Assembly (NCBI RefSeq): GCF_964355755.1
Contig: NC_092673.1
Location: 18,163,648 to 18,227,647 of the forward strand
Direction of reading: 5' to 3'
Length of the DNA stretch: 64,000 bases
DNA from: Antedon mediterranea
Lineage: Eukaryota; Animalia; Echinodermata
Made by a program: the position numbers and the translations under genes. Below are positions 60,101-64,000 of the stretch, piece by piece. Each line of letters opens with the position of its first letter. Within the stretch, counting starts at the first letter, position 1. Below the pieces are notes generated by a model. It had not been told where the DNA came from, did not search any database, and worked only from the letters and a program-made list of their open reading frames with translations.

Positions 60101-63100
60101 TTTTTGTTTTCATTGTTAATTTGGGTTAATACATTATCGACGGATTTAGTAAAAGAATCTAGCCCTCCACAGGGGGCTCTGTAAATAATGCCTATAATAT
60201 CATTTTTTGTCTTTGAATTTTCAATCTCAACAAAAAGTGATTCGGAAAGGTCGTCGAATTGTAATGCTAATATCATTACGTATAAAAAATGCAACTCCTC
60301 CGTCAATTTGATTATTGCTTCTATTACTTGCAAAGAAGGAGTAGTTATTAATGAAAGGAATAGGGGAGTTTTCATTAAGCCATGTTTCACTGATACCGAT
60401 TATGGAAAATTTGTTATTAATTGAATTCAAAAGGCATTCGAGATCATTAACTTTATGCGTAATACTTCTAATATTAAGATGCAGGAGAGATAGTTTAGTA
60501 TTAAAGGATGTATTAAACTTAGAATTAAATTGTGAATAATCATAAAAGCTGCATTCATCTAGGGTAACTGACTGTGAATTGAGATTATTAATTAGTTGAT
60601 CAAAAGATTCATCATATTTGTCATTTTCGTTGTAATTAACTGGATTAAAGGTTATGTTAGAAATATCATTGTTGTTAGTAAGTTCAGAATTCACATTAAA
60701 GTCATAAAAAGGAAGTAAGTGAAGATAATTAACATTCATTAACAATAGCTGCGTATAGCGTTATCTAAAAAAAAAATACAGCAATAAGCATGCATGAGAC
60801 TGTATACATTAATACATAATTAATGAGAAGCAAAATAAACAATTCTTGAAATAAAAATATATTATAGGTAATATTTCGGTTGACGGTAAGTAGAGTCAAA
60901 GTAAAGTTAAATTATTGCGACGACTAGAATTACTCAGTAGCTTCGGGGGCATGTGCTTCCTTGAGGTTCGGGTAGTATTTGGCAAGATGATCCATGTCGA
61001 TGAATGTGCGAACATAACCATTTGCATCTAGCCTATGTAACACAATTTGTCAAGGTGGAGCCAGGCCTTTACTTTGTTGGAATGCAGGTATTTCATCGAT
61101 GAGTATAATGCCTTTCTTCTACTTATCACTCTGCTGGTAAAATCATCATGTTATTATCTTTAAATTTAGGTCTCACTTTTGGAGCTGCCTTGCGTACTCT
61201 TTCTTTAGTGGAATATCTGAGAAAGTATGCAACAAGTGGTCTTGGTTTATCCCTGGTGGTATTACGTGGTCCAACTCGATGGGCTCGTTGTATATCATCA
61301 TTAGCGATTTTGATGCCGGTGGTATTGGAAATAAATGAGGAAAGGAAATTAACAGTACCTTTCACTATCCTCCGCTTGTTCGGGTATGCCAGTAAACCTC
61401 AGATTGTTACGGCATTGACGTCCTTCTAGGTTGTCGATTTTGTCGCGTATCTCTTCTATGCATTCCGTAGTGGATTGCTGCGTATCCTCGGCAATATCTT
61501 TCAGCTTAACATCCATGAAATCAGAATTTTCCTGCATATCGGCGTGCAAATTCCTCAGTTCTTTTTATAAACCGGTGATTTCAAGATTGAGGATGGTAAT
61601 GTCTTTTTCCAAGGAGACAATCTTGGTGACTGCGTCGCATAATGTTGATTTAATATCAGCAATGGTTTTGCAGCCCATGATTGACTTGATGAGAGTCGAC
61701 AGCCAGGTGTTCGGTTCAGCGGCGCTAATATTTACATTAGAAATATTTGGCTCATTGTTTTCCACGTTGGCCATTGTAGATGTTTAGTTAGAATAAATAA
61801 CAAAAGTGTACCTATATTTAATGCAACGGATACGTTTACTATCCAGGTAGGTATACAGGTCTCATGCAGTTAGTAGCTTATCCTTGCAACATGCTATCAC
61901 AGGTAAGCGAGTACTGTATCTAAAAAACGTATACGTGTGAGAGCTCCGCTCAAACACGTCTGCACTCGACAAAGGACAATACACTTCCTAGATCTGAGTC
62001 TCTTCTTGCCCATATATTTCATCCTTCCACTAAGTTTTATGGAAATCGTTCATTTTCTTCGGCATCCGTTTCTCTATGGAATGCGTTGCCTATTGAAATC
62101 AGTCAGGCTACTTCCACCAGTGTCTTCAAATCTCTCCTCAAAACCCACCTTTTTAATTTGTAATTTTTCTACATTTTCTGTCTTTGTAAAGCGCATTGAG
62201 GCTTTCAGCATAATGCCCTATATCAAGTACCAGTTATTATTATTATTATTAATTCTTTACTTCTTAGAACATCTAGCAAAGAAATCAAACGTCTTCAAGT
62301 TTTGCAAAATTGTGCAGCCAAGCTTTTTTTTAGTTTTTAACTAGTTTGATCATGTGTCTCATTTTTTTAAAGAACTCACTGGCTTAAAATTGAACAGTGT
62401 ATAATCTACAAAATATCCACACTAGTTTACTAATCAGTTTCTGGGTCTGCGCCAATTTATCTGCAGGATTTAATCTCATTTCATGTCACAACAGGAAAAG
62501 TTGTTCGCTGTGATAAAACACACCTTAACCGTCAGTGTAAGCAATTCAAGTCACTTCTAAAATCTCACCTTTTTCAATAATTCTTGTTGGTATTTTAGCG
62601 CTGTGAGACATCAGTAAATAGTGCTTTATAAAAATTGATTATTATTCTTAATAATAAATATCACTTAATATTGTTGATCTATAAATAATATATGTTTCAT
62701 TTTTCTTGCTTTGTAAAGGTGTTGAACTATCCAAGCAAATTCGTGCACATGCGTTAGAAAAGAAATTAGATGAAGGTAGGCACATTATTATGATTGTAGT
62801 ACACTGAAAGTATCTATTTTTATTTCATCGTTTTTATTTATTATTTTATGTAGTAAATTGTATTAGTTTAAATGTATGTGTATTGTTTCTGGGGTCTTTC
62901 TTGAGACAAGAAACTTGATTTCTTCTAGAGAAGACCCCAAATGATGGCTTATTACTAATGTTTTCATTTATGTACACATCTATATATTATACTGTATAAT
63001 GCCATTGTTGAACAAATAAATGTTTTTTGAACTTGAACATACTAAAACATCAAAATGTTATTTTTTATATCTGCAGATTTACAGTAGGTATATCAAGCAA

Positions 63101-63274
63101 TATTACAATAGTGATTTTTTTTTATTGTGTTTAAAAGGCAATGATAAAACCTGGGATAAAGTTGTGAATATTGCAAGGAAAAGTTTAACAATGGCAACAG
63201 GAAAGGTAGATGTGAGTGACAAAACTAGTATATGGGACTACGCTGGTCAACTAGACTACTATATAACACATAGG
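48190..63274 (+). CDS. Gene 2: ankyrin-repeat + Roc (ROCO family) gene, continuing beyond the window
   Basis: Exons 48190-48280 (ATG 48273), 48544-48637, 48829-48936, 49100-49207, 51004-51088, 51396-51561, 55295-55392, 62719-62775, 63138-63274. Open and phase-consistent throughout. Motifs DGDTPLH x2, EGNTP, GKEGAGKT, STDGI, WDYAGQLDYYITHR. Confidence 0.88.
48829..49207 (+). CDS. Two 108-nt phase 0-0 exons, each encoding one ankyrin repeat
   Basis: DGDTPLHEYLRTVNPTLDIVTCLIQNDTSAATLQNK and DGDTPLHEYLSKVNPTLDIVTCLVQNDTSAATLKNK. Both carry the G.TPLH ankyrin motif. Confidence 0.88.
49522..50585. repeat. Minisatellite, 82-bp unit x13
   Basis: tttatttctggttccactcctgggtaccctgatttcagttccattttgaatttgtcatcaaaaagagcaattatatataatg. 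Confidence 0.95.
51130..51345 (+). mobile_element. Degenerate SINE with a Deu/Nin-like core
   Basis: B-box-like ggttcaagattc, then gtcttctcggataaggactgtaaaccgta...gaagaacc, resembling the conserved DeuSINE central domain from memory. Confidence 0.4.
51396..51561 (+). CDS. Gene 2 Roc P-loop exon
   Basis: FLVPAEIYAKGAHAIKIYKDELENGEIAVVNARCMFLGKEGAGKTSCVKAMLGK. The P.EI...G...Y...L..G leader is typical just upstream of Roc. Confidence 0.9.
51958..52640 (+). CDS. DIRS gag-like ORF (N-terminal Cys/His finger)
   Basis: CSVC...DRHLACPRC...CEVC..W at the start of the 701-aa ORF. The rest of that ORF is the alternative frame of pol. Confidence 0.7.
52673..53850 (+). pseudogene. DIRS pol remnant: RT thumb, RNase H and adenine-methyltransferase-like domain
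   Basis: Stop at 53054 just before VTVDASLSGWGG and a frameshift near 53627. No YLDD RT core is visible. Confidence 0.8.
53514..54851 (+). CDS. DIRS tyrosine recombinase (open ORF)
   Basis: SRRESTRTLY..., TIAGYRSAI, RWDL, KTAFLVAAASCKRKGEIHAL, CPVRA, HEVRG..ASWA, W...TF..CY. This is the R..H..R..W..Y pattern. Confidence 0.88.
   Translation: MLNFQFFAPGTQKPRPGPPTPCQSHGTGCGRMPFRPSSSHSSHSPPSMQNPPGSSMVVSPDLVSSNAESALFTTQDPANSARPLSSIPGPARPSQPAIPDADCLALVRNRLRSAGIPDGPALLAAQSRRESTRTLYNSRLKRFTRWCAGYEIDPHSASLRKVSRFLHDLFESGLQVRTIAGYRSAIAVVVPRFPDGSSVSSSSELPMLIRGMFNARPPVRSLLPRWDLNSVLEALTKPPYEPLGSASLLDVSIKTAFLVAAASCKRKGEIHALSLDPGHIRFENNGVRLTFRAGFLAKTQTLNHSPPTIFISKISSHSSVREDRLWCPVRAIQIYVNRTQHLRNGMSHLFVTTIKPHGPASKDTIACWVVSAIKSAYASSRLPPPAHMHEVRGSMASWALFRGVPVSDILAAAWWRAQTTFSSCYLQDVVSSQATVASAICRPSK
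55901..57254 (+). mobile_element. Solo LTR (Gypsy-like)
   Basis: TGTAA...TTACA termini with a 4-bp TSD ATAG (55897-55900, 57255-57258) and AATAAA at ~57143. Removing it restores the L2 frame YLNRNGLF. Confidence 0.85.
56490..57056. repeat. 35-bp minisatellite inside the solo LTR
   Basis: gttggtggttacgtgcagttggaggttacacctta repeated. Confidence 0.93.
58261..58531 (-). mobile_element. tRNA-derived SINE (same head as 27080-27325)
   Basis: The reverse complement reads gagtggagttgtggcctggtgg...gggttcaagtcc..., with an A-rich tail at 58261-58290. Confidence 0.85.
58565..61975 (-). mobile_element. CR1-group LINE with ORF1 and endonuclease, RT core internally deleted
   Basis: ORF1 fragments DNLEGRQCRNNLRFTGIPE and IQRAHRVG..KPRPLV (L1-type RRM). 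ORF2 HLNIRS, ISETWL, GDFNI, SDHLP, AKVVPIFKKG, QYGFR, then a jump to the 3' UTR at ~58890. Several frameshifts. Confidence 0.9.
62270..62648 (+). mobile_element. Degenerate 3' fragment of a second L2 LINE
   Basis: KRLQVLQNCAAKL, HWL, SAPIYL, FKSLLKSHLF and a tail agcgctgtgagaca...gctttataaaa. Confidence 0.65.
63138..63274 (+). CDS. Gene 2 Roc G3 exon
   Basis: SIWDYAGQLDYYITHR|gtatg, with the same intron position as gene 1 (IHR|gtaagt). Confidence 0.9.
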
Positions 63275-63405
63275 GTATGTTTGTCTTAATTATGCTCGAG
63301 TTTTTTCTTGATAGTAAAATCATATTTAAAACAACATGTGATTCGTTTACTTTTTATCTGGATTTAGATACAAGTAATTGTATCGGTACCATCATAATAA
63401 AAATT

Positions 63406-64000
63406 ACAATAGAAGCTGTTGGGCAATAATAACCAACATAATACTGACAATAGAAGATGTAGGGCAATAATAACCAACATAATACTGACAATAGAAGATG
63501 TTGGGCAATAATAACCAACATAATACAGACAATAGAAGATGTTGGGCAATAATAACCAACATAATACAGACAATAGAAGATGTTGGGCAATAATAACCAA
63601 CATAATACTGACAATAGAAGATGTTGGGCAATAATAACCAACATAATACTGACAATAGAAGATGTTGGGCAATAATAACCAACATAATAATGACAATAGA
63701 AGATGTTGGGCAATAATAACCAACATAATAATGACAATAGAAGATGTTGGGCAATAATAACCAACATAATAATGACAATAGAAGATGTTGGGCAATAATA
63801 ACCAACATAATACTGACAATAGAAGATGTTGGGCAATAGTAGCCAACATAATACTGACAATAGAAGATGTTGGGCAATAGTAGCCAACATAATACTGACA
63901 ATAGAAGATGTTGGGCAATAGTAGCCAACATAATACTGACAATAGAAGATGTTGGGCAATAATAACCAACATAATACTGACAATAGAAGATGTTGGGCAA
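63406..64000. repeat. Minisatellite, 41-bp unit, running off the window
   Basis: aatagaagatgttgggcaataataaccaacataatactgac. It is the source of three spurious minus-strand ORFs. Confidence 0.95.

Larger units (their letters stand above)
55775..62250 (+). mobile_element. L2-clade LINE 3' part split into four pieces (55775-55900, 57259-58260, ~58527-58560, ~61976-62250)
   Basis: KKPSLD..YRPISNLPFL.KIIER, QSAYR, LDFSAAFDT, GVPQGSVVGPLLF, YADDTQLY, LHWLP, RSFS..LWNALP..FKSLLKTHLF, then gtaaagcgcattgag and a (TTA)n tail. Confidence 0.88.

Noticed and set aside
395-64000. Regular repeats as CRISPR arrays
   Set aside because: The units are contiguous with no unique spacers, no cas genes are present, and the DNA is eukaryotic.
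63354-64000. Three ~200-aa Cys/Tyr-rich minus-strand ORFs
   Set aside because: All three frames are the same stop-free 41-bp repeat.

Overview
AT-rich, intron-rich eukaryotic (animal) genomic DNA. The TAGGCCTA-rich background and the repeat families suggest a marine invertebrate, probably an echinoderm (inference). Splicing the + strand by hand gives two tandem ROCO-family (Roc GTPase-COR) genes. Gene 1 (~4195-31650, about 21 exons) encodes two tandem-death-effector-domain (tDED) cassettes, i.e. 4 DEDs made by a recent ~3 kb internal duplication, then low-complexity linker exons, a divergent Roc domain and only the start of COR. It appears to break off at a 3.9 kb foldback built from two head-to-head Academ-type transposon ends. 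Gene 2 (~48190 to beyond the window end) encodes ankyrin repeats followed by Roc. The two genes share closely similar first coding exons and introns but have different N-terminal domains and very divergent Roc domains, which points to exon or module shuffling in a probable innate-immune/cell-death gene cluster. The introns hold many minisatellites, CR1- and L2-type LINEs, an RT-deleted DIRS retroelement, a solo LTR, tRNA-derived SINEs and nested non-autonomous DNA transposons. Most short ORFs in the supplied track are artefacts of these repeats. All exon models come from GT-AG and phase logic only; no transcript data were available.
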